DNA of 58,313 nucleotides from Nemertoderma westbladi (taxonomy: Eukaryota; Animalia; Xenacoelomorpha), in NCBI GenBank assembly GCA_032718475.1, contig JAUCBJ010004126.1:1-58313 (forward strand). The letters are read 5' to 3'. Shown here piece by piece: positions 11,751 through 24,400 of the stretch. The position numbers and the translations under genes are program-made. Under the pieces are notes generated by a model. The model did no database searches. It had not been told where the DNA came from and was given only the letters and a program-made list of their open reading frames with translations. Position 1 is the first letter of the stretch, and each line of letters opens with the position of its first letter.

Positions 11751-12423
11751 TTTTTACTCGCCACATTCCCCAACATGAATTTTAATTTTTTGTGGGGCGA
11801 GACACGTAGTCGGCGAGCCTTGCCATACGGTTCATATAGGGCAAATGGGGCATGTCCGTCTGTCTGTCTGTCTGTCTGTCTGTCTGGTAAATGTTTGAAC
11901 GCGAATTTCTCTGCATCGCTGGTTCGGAATTGAACCAAACTTAGTAGGTAAGTAGTAGAGAGAAAGTTTAGAAAGTTTGTAAAGTTTGGTGAAAAATCAT
12001 GCAGTCTGACGTCAGCTACGACAGATTATGTGGTTTTTAGAAAATGTTAAATTTCTCGGGAAGGCCTCATTTTCCTGAGCTGAAATTTTGGTGGCCTGTA
12101 GAGAATCATGAAGTCTATCTTTTACGAAATTGAAAAGTTAAGACATTTAATTGGGGATCCGCTAGAGACTCAGAAGTAATGACATAGGCCTACCGGTACG
12201 GTACTGCTGTACAGTGCTGCACTGGTAAGTACGAAATTGCAGAATAACAATTTGACACCACCTAGCGGATTAACATATGATTGTATATCGAATGAATACA
12301 TTTATAGCATGGGATATTGGGTCCAAACTAGACATGCCCAATTTGCTCTATATGAACCGTATGCCAAGGCTTGCCGACTACGTGCTGCGCGAAGTCCCCA
12401 CGAACGTGTTCTGTTAATTCTAG
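11751..12423. mobile_element. Non-autonomous element with long subterminal inverted repeats and a (TCTG)n microsatellite (MITE/HINE, DINE-1- or pearl-like)
   Basis: 11791-11856 is an imperfect reverse complement of 12331-12401; GTCCGTC(TGTC)n at ~11854-11886; 5' hairpin CTCGCCACA/TGTGGGGCGAG; starts in a T-run. Confidence 0.8.
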
Positions 12424-12439
12424 CATGCCCTTCATATTA

Positions 12440-13358
12440 AAAGAAAGGTTTTTGATGCAGCGGTGTTATCTGGTTCGTTATATGGTTCTGAATCCTGGCT
12501 ATCTACCAACACTAAAATAATATCTAGGTATTATTATTCTATGGTGAAATCGTTGTTTGTTAGGTGTACGCGTGTCGACACCAAATGAACTCTGCTTATT
12601 AAAATTGGTTTACCTTATATAGATTATTAAATTTGTCGAGCTAGGAAAATGTTCATTGGTAAAATGTTAAAAAATAATAACAGCGATTTACCCTTCCGTA
12701 GGATATTTGATATGTGTAAAGAAAATAATACCAGTGGTTACTTAATGCTAAAAGAAGCGATCGATTTTAATGAAAAACTAGATCCCCTGATTAACGTAAT
12801 AAACAGTATAAAAAATAGACCCAATAGTGCGACTAAATTTGAAACATATAAAACTGTTATTAATCCAAACTTGAAACCGCATCCTCTATATTTTCATACA
12901 TCGACTTACGTACCGGATTATATTAGGCTTAACTTTACCAGGGTTCGGCTTATGTCCCATTGCTTAGGTGTGGAGACTGGTCGTTGGTCACGCATACCCA
13001 GGGAGCAGCGGGTCTGCCCGTGTGACGGTCTGTCTGTACAGACTGAGTCACATGTATTGCTTGACTGTCCCACCTCACAGCACCTTCGCAACAACGAGGC
13101 AAATTCCGGTCTAATGTTTTCTTTGTTAAGCGATTTGTTTGACCCTAGTGAGGTAATGTATTTTCGATTGTGTAAGTATATTAGTGTTGTTCTAGAATTA
13201 TACAAATAATGATTATTTTCTGGACAATGTCTGAACCTGAGTTAAATAGTGCTTTGTGCCCGATGTTAGATTGTTTTATGATTATATACAATATTGATGT
13301 AATGTGGTGTTATATATATTGTTAGATATTGTCAATAAATAAATAAAATAAAATAAAT
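12440..13358 (+). mobile_element. 5'-truncated non-LTR retrotransposon 3' end (RTEX-like) with C-terminal zinc finger and (AAAT)n tail
   Basis: LYGSESWL near 12480; ORF 12649-13209 contains RLMSHCLGVETGRW...RVCPC...ESHVLLDCP; AATAAATAAATAAAATAAAATAAAT at ~13334-13358. Confidence 0.8.
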
Positions 13359-13555
13359 ATTCTGTATTAGGCCTACAGTATTACAGTATTTACGCCATTT
13401 AGCATCAACGTACTGACGTAGGCAGCTGTTTGTCTGACAGTGTGCAGATGCGTGAACGTGTGCTGATGTACCGCATGTACACATTACATAATTCAGTAAT
13501 TTATTACTGAAGTACCGGTACCGTTACAGCATAGGCCTACCACCGATCCAGCGGT

Positions 13556-14404
13556 ATGGGAGGAAGCAACATAAATGCCCCTGGCGTCCGCGTCAACTAC
13601 CGACGCGCGAACACCGCCCCTCCACCACGGCACAACTCCGCCGACTACAATAACGACTCTTGCTCCCCAGCTTGTTTCTCCTACATCCTGATCCTGTTCA
13701 ACCTCGTGTTTATGACAGCTGGTGGCGTCGTCCTGGGCTTCGGAATCTGGACTCTTATAGCCAAACAACATTACATTGTCCTACTGACCACTGCGACTTA
13801 CTCGGCTACGAGTTATATTCTGATATTTGCCGGCGCGTTGGTGTTTATAGTCGCCTTTATTGGGTGTTACGGCGCTGTCCGGGAGAACGTAACCTTCCTT
13901 AAGATCTTTATCGGCCTTCTCCTTCTCATCTTCGCTCTCGAGGTGACCGCCGGCTGCCTCGGGTTGGTCTACAAGGAGCGAATCCGTCGCGAACTTTACG
14001 AGGACTTCCGCGAGACGTTCGTTACGAGTTACTCGGTAGACGCGGATAAAACCAACGCGATAGATCGGTTGCAACGCGAGCACCGGTGCTGCGGTGCGGA
14101 GAACTACACCGACTGGTCGACGTCGGTGTGGTTCACCGGAGGCTCCGCCGGTGTCAACCTGGTGCCCTCGAGCTGCTGTAAGACCCCGGTCCCTCTGGAG
14201 ACCTGCGGACAGCGGACCCATCCGTCTAACATCTACAACGTGGAGGGCGGCTGCGTCGCCAAGTATTCCCTGGTATTGGAGGACCAGGTACTCGTAGTGG
14301 CCGTGTTGGCGTTGTGCGTGTCGACTTTGGAGTTGTGTGGCGTTGTGTTCGCGTGTTGTATGTTAGTGAGGATTCGTAAAGAATCCTTTATTGGTTTGGA
14401 TTGA
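13556..14404 (+). CDS. CD151: Tetraspanin, CD151/TSPAN11-like, 282 aa, single coding exon
   Basis: Four hydrophobic segments, GCYGA after TM2, large extracellular loop with CCG, PSSCC and EGGC; CGQRTHPSNIYNVEGGC resembles CD151 CGQRDHASNIYKVEGGC; uninterrupted ORF. Exact orthology is untested. Confidence 0.93.
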   Translation: MGGSNINAPGVRVNYRRANTAPPPRHNSADYNNDSCSPACFSYILILFNLVFMTAGGVVLGFGIWTLIAKQHYIVLLTTATYSATSYILIFAGALVFIVAFIGCYGAVRENVTFLKIFIGLLLLIFALEVTAGCLGLVYKERIRRELYEDFRETFVTSYSVDADKTNAIDRLQREHRCCGAENYTDWSTSVWFTGGSAGVNLVPSSCCKTPVPLETCGQRTHPSNIYNVEGGCVAKYSLVLEDQVLVVAVLALCVSTLELCGVVFACCMLVRIRKESFIGLD

Positions 14405-14700
14405 TGGGGATTAGTGATTTACAGGTTTATTTGTTGTGATAAAGAGGGAACAGAGGTTACAGTCAGAGTTACAGACAGACAGACAGACGGACAATATTAT
14501 AATCCACGTCTCCCATCGAACTATTATATTATAGTAAGTTTTATTTAATTGACTTAGTTTCCCAACTAAACCGCATGTTTATAAACCCCGTAGCTTCGCT
14601 ATTCATTTAGTTATTATTATAAATATTTAAGTTTTTATTTATGTTAACAAAGTCAACTTTGGGTGTCTTCTATATTAGTAACGGTTGCTAAGTTATTAGA

Positions 14701-17700
14701 ACCGGTATGTATCGGTACCGGTATGTATCGTTACCGGTACCGGTACCGGTATGTATCGTTACCGGTACCGGTATCGGTACCGGTATGTATCGGTACCGGT
14801 ATGTATTGGTACCGGTATGTATCGGTACCGGTATGTATCGGTACCGGTATCGGTACCGGTATGTATCGGTACCGGTATGTATTGGTACCGGTATGTATCG
14901 GTACCGGTATGTACCGGTACCGGTATGTATCGTTACCGGTACCGGTATCGGTACCGGTATGTATCGGTACCGGTATGTATCGTTACCGGTACCGGTATCG
15001 GTACCGGTATGTATCGGTACCGGTATGTATCGTTACCGGTATGTATCGGTACCGGTATGTATCGGTACCGGTATGTATCGGTACCGGTACCGGTATCGGT
15101 ACCGGTATGTATCGGTACCGGTATGTATCGTTACCGGTATGTATCGTTACCGGTACCGGTATCGGTACCGGTATGTATCGGTACCGGTATGTATCGTTAC
15201 CGGTATGTATCGTTACCGGTACCGGTATCGGTACCGGTATGTATCGGTACCGGTATGTATCGTTACCGGTATGTATCGTTACCGGTACCGGTATCGGTAC
15301 CGGTATGTATCGGTACCGGTATGTATCGTTACCGGTACCGGTATCGGTACCGGTATGTATCGGTACCGGTATGTATCGTTACCGGTATGTATCGTTACCG
15401 GTACCGGTATCGGTACCGGTATGTATCGGTACCGGTATGTATCGTTACCGGTACCGGTATCGGTACCGGTATGTATCGTTACCGGTATGTATCGTTACCG
15501 GTACCGGTATCGGTACCGGTATGTATCGGTACCGGTATGTATCGTTACCGGTACCGGTATCGGTACCGGTATGTATCGGTACCGGTATGTATCGTTACCG
15601 GTATGTATCGTTACCGGTACCGGTATCGGTACCGGTATGTATCGGTACCGGTATGTATCGTTACCGGTACCGGTATCGGTACCGGTATGTATCGGTACCG
15701 GTATGTATCGTTACCGGTACCGGTATCGGTACCGATACATACCGGTACCGGTATGTATCGGTACCGGTATGTATCGTTACCGGTATGTATCGTTACCGGT
15801 ACCGGTATGTATCGGTACCGGTATGTATCGGTACCGGTATGTATCGGTACCGGTATGTATCGGTACCGGTATGTATCGGTACCGGTATGTATCGGTACCG
15901 GTATGTATCGGTACCGGTATGTATCGGTACCGGTATGTATCGTTACCGGTATGTATCGTTACCGGTACCGGTATGTATCGGTACCGGTATGTATCGGTAC
16001 CGGTATGTATCGGTACCGGTATGTATCGGTACCGGTATGTATCGGTACCGGTATGTATCGGTACCGGTATGTATCGTTACCGGTATGTATCGGTACCGGT
16101 ATGTATCGTTACCGGTATGTATCGGTACCGGTATGTATCGGTACCGGTATGTATCGGTACCGGTATGTATCGGTACCGGTATGTATCGTTACCGGTACCG
16201 GTATCGGTACCGGTATGTATCGGTACCGGTATGTATCGGTACCGGTATGTATCGGTACCGGTATGTATTGGTACCGGTATGTATCGGTACCGGTATGTAT
16301 CGGTACCGGTACCGGTATCGGTACCGGTACCGGTATCGGTACCGGTACCGGTATCGGTACCGGTATGTATCGGTACCGGTATGTATCGTTACCGGTACCG
16401 GTATCGGTACCGGTATGTATCGGTACCGGTACCGGTATCGGTACCGGTATGTATCGGTACCGGTATGTATCGTTACCGGTACCGGTATCGGTACCGGTAT
16501 GTATCGGTACCGGTACCGGTATCGGTACCGGTATGTATCGGTACCGGTATGTATTGGTACCGGTATGTATCGGTACCGGTATGTATCGGTACCGGTACCG
16601 GTATCGGTACCGGTATCGGTACCGGTATGTATCGGTACCGGTATGTATCGTTACCGGTACCGGTATCGGTACCGGTATGTATCGGTACCGGTACCGGTAT
16701 CGGTACCGGTATGTATCGGTACCGGTATGTATCGTTACCGGTACCGGTATCGGTACCGGTATGTATCGTTACCGGTACCGGTATGTATCGGTACCGGTAT
16801 GTATCGTTACCGGTATGTATCGTTACCGGTACCGGTATGTATCGGTACCGGTATGTATCGTTACCGGTACCGGTATGTATCGTTACCGGTACCGGTATCG
16901 GTACCGGTATGTATCGGTACCGGTACCGGTATCGGTACCGGTATGTATCGGTACCGGTATGTATCGTTACCGGTACCGGTATCGGTACCGGTATGTATCG
17001 GTACCGGTACCGGTATCGGTACCGGTATGTATCGGTACCGGTATGTATTGGTACCGGTATGTATCGGTACCGGTATGTATCGGTACCGGTACCGGTATCG
17101 GTACCGGTATCGGTACCGGTATGTATCGGTACCGGTATGTATCGTTACCGGTACCGGTATCGGTACCGGTATGTATCGGTACCGGTACCGGTATCGGTAC
17201 CGGTATGTATCGGTACCGGTATGTATCGTTACCGGTACCGGTATCGGTACCGGTATGTATCGTTACCGGTACCGGTATGTATCGGTACCGGTATGTATCG
17301 TTACCGGTATGTATCGTTACCGGTACCGGTATGTATCGGTACCGGTATGTATCGGTACCGGTATGTATCGTTACCGGTACCGGTATCGGTACCGGTATGT
17401 ATCGTTACCGGTACCGGTATGTATCGGTACCGGTATGTATCGTTACCGGTATGTATCGTTACCGGTACCGGTATGTATCGGTACCGGTATGTATCGTTAC
17501 CGGTATGTATCGTTACCGGTACCGGTATGTATCGGTACCGGTATGTATCGGTACCGGTATGTATCGGTACCGGTATGTATCGTTACCGGTATGTATCGGT
17601 ACCGGTATGTATCGGTACCGGTATGTATCGTTACCGGTACCGGTATCGGTACCGGTATGTACCGGTACCGGTATGTATCGGTACCGGTATGTATCGGTAC

Positions 17701-17705
17701 CGGTT
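14701..17705. repeat. Quasi-palindromic micro/minisatellite built from ACCGGTATGTATCG(G/T)T (16 bp), ACCGGT (6 bp) and ACCGGTATCGGT (12 bp) modules
   Basis: About 3 kb consisting almost entirely of these modules in irregular order. Confidence 0.98.
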
Positions 17706-18441
17706 ATATTGTCTCTGTCTCAGTTCGCCGTATTTAGTGACCCCAGTTGACGGTATTTAATTAATAATTATCAATTATTCTACTTAATTAGGTTTGTAAA
17801 ACTAACTCCCTAGCGTTCAGTATTGTTCGTCTTATTGGCGACCAGCTGGCGGCCTAAATGCAGTTCAACCAGATTTTATTGCTTTCATTGTAAACTGTTT
17901 TACTTTAATGTGTTTTTTAAGGTTTTTTTTTTATTTAAATGGATCGTAAATTCTCGTCCTTTTCTGTAATTGATTATTATTGTAATTAATTTATACTCTA
18001 TAACTACCGAGTATCGGATAACCCTAATTATCGCCAGTTCTTCCATTTTTTTATTTTAATAATATATAAAGACTCGAACATTAGGAACTATTGTTTCTAT
18101 ACGAAATGGTTTAACATATAATTATTTAGTTGTTCCCTTCATTACCAATTCTGTAGGACGTCGACAACCTCTAGTGCCATTATTCATTGTGATATCTTCC
18201 CTGCCGGTCGAATAATACTGTGCACTTTATTTATATAACTGTTTTGTGTAACTTGTTTATATAAATAGGGGGAGGGGGGCTCCCGTTACAGGCGTTAAGT
18301 TAAATAATGTTTAGATCTGAAGTTCAAATATATTATTATTATTATCGAAGATATTAATTTGTTTCCTTTTATTTAATTCGCCTATTTTTTCTACTCAGCG
18401 GTTCAGGGTTTAAAGAGTCAGGATATCAAGTTCCTGACAAA

Positions 18442-21400
18442 GTGGGTGTGTAAGTTATTCCAGAACGGGATGGCCGACTCCTGTCGGTGGGTGTGTAAGT
18501 TATTCCAGAACGGGATGTCCGACTCCTGTCGGTGGGTGTGTAAGTTATTCCAGAACGGGATGGCCGACTCCTGTCGGTGGGTGTGTAAGTTATTCCAGAA
18601 CGGGATGGCCGACTCCTGTCGGTGGGTGTGTAAGTTATTCCAGAACGGGATGGCCGACTCCTGTCAGTGGGTGTGTAAGTTATTCCAGAACGGGATGTCC
18701 GACTCCTGCCAGTGGGTGTGTAAGTTATTCCAGAACGGGATGTCCGACTCCTGCCAGTGGGTGTAAGTTATTCCAGAACGGGATGGCCGACTCCTGCCAG
18801 TGGGTTTGTAAGTTATTCCAGAACGGGATGTCCGACTCCTGCCAGTGGGTGTAAGTTATTCCAGAACGAGATGGCCGACTCCTGCCAGTGGGTGTGTAAG
18901 TTATTCCAGAACGGGATGTCCGACTCCTGCCAGTGGGTGTAAGTTATTCCAGAACGGGATGGCCGACTTCTGCCAGTGGGTGTGTAAGTTATTCCAGAAC
19001 GGGATGTCTGACTCCTGCCAGTGGGTGTAAGTTATTCCAGAACGGGATGGCCGACTCCTGCCAGTGGGTGTGTAAGTTATTCCAGAACGGGATGTCCGAC
19101 TCCTGCCAGTGGGTGTAAGTTATTCCAGAACGGGATGGCCGACTCCTGCCAGTGGGTGTGTAAGTTATTCCAGAACGGGATGACCGACTCCTGTCGGTGG
19201 GTGTGTAAGTTATTGCAGAACGGGATGGCCGACTCCTGTCGGTGGGTGTGTAAGTTATTCCAGAACGGGATGGCCGACTCCTGTCAGTAGGTGTGTAAGT
19301 TATTCCAGAACGGGATGGCCGACTCCTGTCAGTAGGTGTGTAAGTTATTCCAGAACGGGATGGCCGACTCCTGCCAGTGTTGTGTAAGTTATTCCAGAAC
19401 GGGATGTCCGACTCCGGCCAGTGGGTGTAAGTTATTCCAGAACGGGATGGCCGACTCCTGCCAGTGGGTGTGTAAGTTATTCCAGAACGGGATGTCCGAC
19501 TCCTGTCGGTGGTTGTGTAAGTTATTCCAGAACGGGATGGCCGACTCCTGTCGGTGGGTGTGTAAGTTATTCCAGAACGGGATGGCCGACTCCTGTCGGT
19601 GGGTGTGTAAGTTATTCCAGAACGGGATGGCCGACTCCTGTCGGTGGGTGTGTAAGTTATTCCAGAACGGGATGGCCGACTCCTGTCAGTGGGTGTGTAA
19701 GTTATTCCAGAACGGGATGGCCGACTCCTGTCGGTGGGTGTGTAAGTTATTCCAGAACGGGATGGCCGACTCCTGTCGGTGGGTGTGTAAGTTATTCCAG
19801 AACGGGATGGCCGACTCCTGTCGGTGGGTGTGTAAGTTATTCCAGAACGGGATGGCCGACTCCTGTCGGTGGGTGTGTAAGTTATTCCAGAACGGGATGG
19901 CCGACTCCTGTCGGTGGGTGTATAAGTTATTCCAAAACGGGATGGCCGACTCCTGTCAGTAGGTGTGTAAGTTATTCCAGAACGGCATGGCCGACTCCTG
20001 TCGGTGGGTGTGTAAGTTATTCCAGAACGGGATGGCCGACTCCTGTCGGTGGGTGTGTAAGTTATTCCAGAACGGGATGGCCGACTCCTGTCAGTGGGTG
20101 TTTAAGTTATTCCAGAACGGGATGGCCGACTCCTGTCGGTGGGTGCGTAAGTTATTTCAGAACGGGATGGCCGACTCCTGCCAGTGGGTGTGTAAGTTAT
20201 TCCAGAACGGGATGGCCGACTCCTGTCAGTAGGTGTGTAAGTTATTCCAGAACGGGATGGCCGACTCCTGTCAGTGGGTGTGTAAGTTATTCCAGAACGG
20301 GATGGCCGACTCCTGCCAGTGGGTGTGTAAAGTTATTCCAGAACGGGATGGCCGACTCCTGTCGGTGGGTGTGTAAGTTATTCCAGAACGGGATGGCCGA
20401 CTCCTGCCAGTGGGTGTGTAAGTTATTCCAGAACGGGATGGCCGACTCCTGCCAGTGGGTGTGTAAGTTATTCCAGAACGGGATGGCCGACTCCTGCCAG
20501 TGGGTGTGTAAGTTATTCCAGAACGGGATGGCCGACTCCTGTCGGTGGGTGTGTAAGTTATTCCAGAACGGGATGGCCGACTCCTGTCGGTGGGTGTGTA
20601 AGTTATTCCAGAACGGGGTGGCCGACTCCTGTCAGTGGCTGTGTAAGTTATTCCAGAACGGGATGGCCGACTCCTGTCAGTGGCTGTGTAAGTTATTCCA
20701 GAACGGGATGGCCGACTCCTGCTGCTGGGTGTGTAAGTTATTCCAGAACGGGATGGCCGACCCCTGTCAGTGCGTATGTAAGTTATTCCAGAACAGGATG
20801 GCCGACTCCTGCCAGTGGGTGTGTAAGTTATTCCAGAACGGGATGCCCGACTCCTGTCAGTGGGTATGTAAATTATTCCAGAATGGGATGGCCGACTCCT
20901 GTCAGTGGGTGTGTAAGTTATTCCAGAACGGGATGGCCGACTCCTGCCAGTGGGTGTGTAAGTTATTCCAGAACGGGATGTCCGACTCCTGCCAGTGGGT
21001 GTGTAAGTTATTCCAGAACGGGATGGCCGATTCCTGCCAGTGGGTGTGTAAGTTATTCCAGAACGGGATGGCCGACTCCTGTCAGTAGCTGTGTAAGTTA
21101 TTCCAGAACGGGATGGCCGACTCCTGTCGGTGGGTGTGTAAGTTATTCCAGAACGGGATGGCCGACTCCTGTCAGTAGGTGTGTAAGTTATTCCAGAACG
21201 GGATGGCCGACTCCTGTCAGTAGGTTTGTAAGTTATTCCAGAACGGGATGGCCGACTCCTCTCGGTGGGTGTGTAAGTTATTCCAGAATGGTATGGCCGA
21301 CTCCTGCCAGTGGGTGTGTAAGTTATTCCAGAACGGGATGTCCGACTCCTGCCAGTGGGTGTGTAAGTTATTCCAGAACGGGATGGCCGACTCCTGTCGG

Positions 21401-24400
21401 TGGGTGTGTAAGTTATTCCAGAATGGGATGGCCGACTCCTGCCAGTGGGTGTGTAAGTTATTCCAGAACGGGATGTCCGACTCCTGCCAGTGGGTGTGTA
21501 AGTTATTCCAGAACGGCATGGCCGACTCCTGCCAGTGGGTGTGTAAGTTATTCCAGAACGGGATGGCCGACTCCTACCAGTGGGTGTGTAAGTTATTCCA
21601 GAACGGGATGGCCGACTCCTGTCGGTGGGTGTGTAAGTTATTCCAGAACGGGATGGCCAACTCCTGTCAGTGGCTGTGTAAGTTATTCCAGAACGGGATG
21701 GCCGACTCCCGTCGGTGGGTGTGTAAGTTATTCCAGAACGGGATGGCCGACTCCTGCCAGTGGGTGTGTAAGTTATTCCAGAACGGAATGGCCGACTCCT
21801 GTCGGTGGGTGTGTAAGTTATTCCAGAACGGGATGGCCGACTCCTGTCGGTGGGTGTGTAAGTTATTCCAGAGCGGGATGGCTGACTCCTGTCGGTGGGT
21901 GTGTAAGTTATTCCAGAACGGGATGGCCGACTCCTGTCGGTGGGTGTGTAAGTTATTCCAGAACGGGATGGCCGATTCCTGCCAGTGGGTGTGTAAGTTA
22001 TTCCAGAACGGGATGGCCGACTCATGTCGGTGGGTGTGTAAGTTATTCCAGAACGGGGTGGCCGACTCCTGTCAGTGGCTGTGTAAGTTATTCCAGAACG
22101 GGATGGCCGACTCCTGTCAGTGGCTGTGTAAGTTATTCCAGAACGGGATGGCCGACTCTTGTTGCTGGGTGTGTAAGTTATTCCAGAACGGGATGGCCGA
22201 CCCCTGTCAGTGCGTATGTAAGTTATTCCAGAACAGGATGGCCGACTCCAGCCAGTGGGTGTGTAAGTTATTCCAGAACGGGATGCCCGACTCCTGTCAG
22301 TGGGTATGTAAATTATTCCAGAATGGGATGGCCGACTCCTGTCAGTGGGTGTGTAAGTTATTCCAGAACGGGATGGCCGACTCCTGCCAGTGGGTGTGTA
22401 AGTTATTCCAGAACGGGATGTCCGACTCCTGCCAGTGGGTGTGTAAGTTATTCCAGAACGGGATGGCCGATTCCTGCCAGTGGGTGTGTAAGTTATTCCA
22501 GAACGGGATGGCCGACTCCTGTCAGTAGCTGTGTAAGTTATTCCAGAACGGGATGGCCGACTCCTGTCGGTGGGTGTGTAAGTTATTCCAGAACGGGATG
22601 GCCGACTCCTGTCAGTATGTGTGTAAGTTATTCCAGAACGGGATGGCCGACTCCTGTCGGTGGGTGTGTAAGTTATTCAAGAACGGGATGGCCGACTCCT
22701 GCCAGTGGGTGTGTAAGTTATTCCAGAACGGGATGTCCGACTCCTGCCAGTGGGTGTGTAAGTTATTCCAGAACGGGTTGGCCGACTCCAGTCGGTGGGT
22801 GTGTAAGTTATTCCAGAACGGGATGGCCGAATCCTGCCAGTAGGTGTGTAAGTTATTCCAGAACGGGATGGCTGACTCCTGCCAGTGGGTGTGTAAGTTA
22901 TTCCAGAACGGGATGGCCGACTCCTGTCGGTGGGTGTGTAAGTTATTCCAGAACGGGATGGCCGACTCCTGTCGGTGGGTGTGTAAGTTTTTCCAGAACG
23001 GGGTGGCCGACTCCTGTCGGTGGGTGTGTAAGTTATTCCAGAACGGGATGGCCGACTCCTGTCAGTGGCTGTGTAAGTTATTCCAGAACGGGATGGCCGA
23101 CTCCTGTCAGTGGCTTTGTAAGTTATTCCAGAACGGGATGGCCGACTCCTGCCAGTGGGGGTGTAAGTTATTCCAGAACGGGATGGCCGACTCCTGTTGG
23201 TGGGTGTGTAAGTTATTCCAGAACGGGATGGCCGACTCCTGCCAGTGGGTGTATAAGATATTCCAGAACGGGATGGCCGACTCCTGCCAGTGGGTGTGTA
23301 AGTTATTCCAGAACGGGATGTCTGACTCCTGCCAGTGGGTGTAAGTTATTCCAGAACGGGATGGCCGACTTCTGCCAGTGGGTGTGTAAGTTATTCCAGA
23401 ACGGGATGTCTGACTCCTGCCAGTGGGTGTAAGTTATTCCAGAACGGGATGGCCGACTCCTGCCAGTGGGTGTGTAAGTTATTCCAGAACGGGATGTCCG
23501 ACTCCTGCCAGTGGGTGTAAGTTATTCCAGAACGGGATGGCCGACTCCTGCCAGTGGGTGTGTAAGTTATTCCAGAACGGGATGACCGACTCCTGTCGGT
23601 GGGTGTGTAAGTTATTGCAGAACGGGATGGCCGACTCCTGTCGGTGGGTGTGTAAGTTATTCCAGAACGGGATGGCCGACTCCTGTCAGTAGGTGTGTAA
23701 GTTATTCCAGAACGGGATGGCCGACTCCTGTCAGTAGGTGTGTAAGTTATTCCAGAACGGGATGGCCGACTCCTGCCAGTGGGTGTGTAAGTTATTCCAG
23801 AACGCGATGTCCGACTCCTGTCAGTGGGTATGTAAGTTATTCCAGAACGGGATGGCCGACTCCTGTCAGTGGGTGTGTAAGTTATTCCAGAACGGGATGG
23901 CCGACTCCTGCCAGTGGGTGTGTAAGTTATTCCAGAACGGGATGTCCGACTCCTGCCAGTGGGTGTGTAAGTTATTCCAGAACGGGATGGCCGACTCCTG
24001 TCGGTGGGTGTGTAAGTTATTCCAGAATGGGATGGCCGACTCCTGCCAGTGGGTGTGTAAGTTATTCCAGAACGGGATGTCCGACTCCTGCCAGTGGGTG
24101 TGTAAGTTATTCCAGAACGGCATGGCCGACTCCTGCCAGTGGGTGTGTAAGTTATTCCAGAGCGGGATGGCCGACTCCTACCAGTGGGTGTGTAAGTTAT
24201 TCCAGAACGGGATGGCCGACTCCTGCCAGTGGGTGTGTAAGTTATTCCAGAACGGGATGGCCGACTCCTGTCGGTGGGTGTGTAAGTTATTCCAGAACGG
24301 GATGGCCGACTCTTGTCGGTGGGTGTGTAGGTTATTCCAGAACGGGGTGGCCGACTCCTGTCGGTGGGTGTGTAAGTTATTCCAGAACTTGATGGCCAAC

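Noticed and set aside
13781-14221. Antisense and alternative-frame ORFs over the tetraspanin and TE genes
   Set aside because: These are shadow ORFs of real coding sequence with no independent motifs.
14663-17760. Three ~1000-aa ORFs (YRYR/VSVPVCIGTG repeats)
   Set aside because: All three plus frames are open only because the repeat modules contain no stop codon; there is no evidence of coding.
18455-18470. Heat-shock or STAT element array (TTCCAGAA in each unit)
   Set aside because: Only two nGAAn units are present, not three, and the spacing does not fit TTCN3GAA; there is no functional support.
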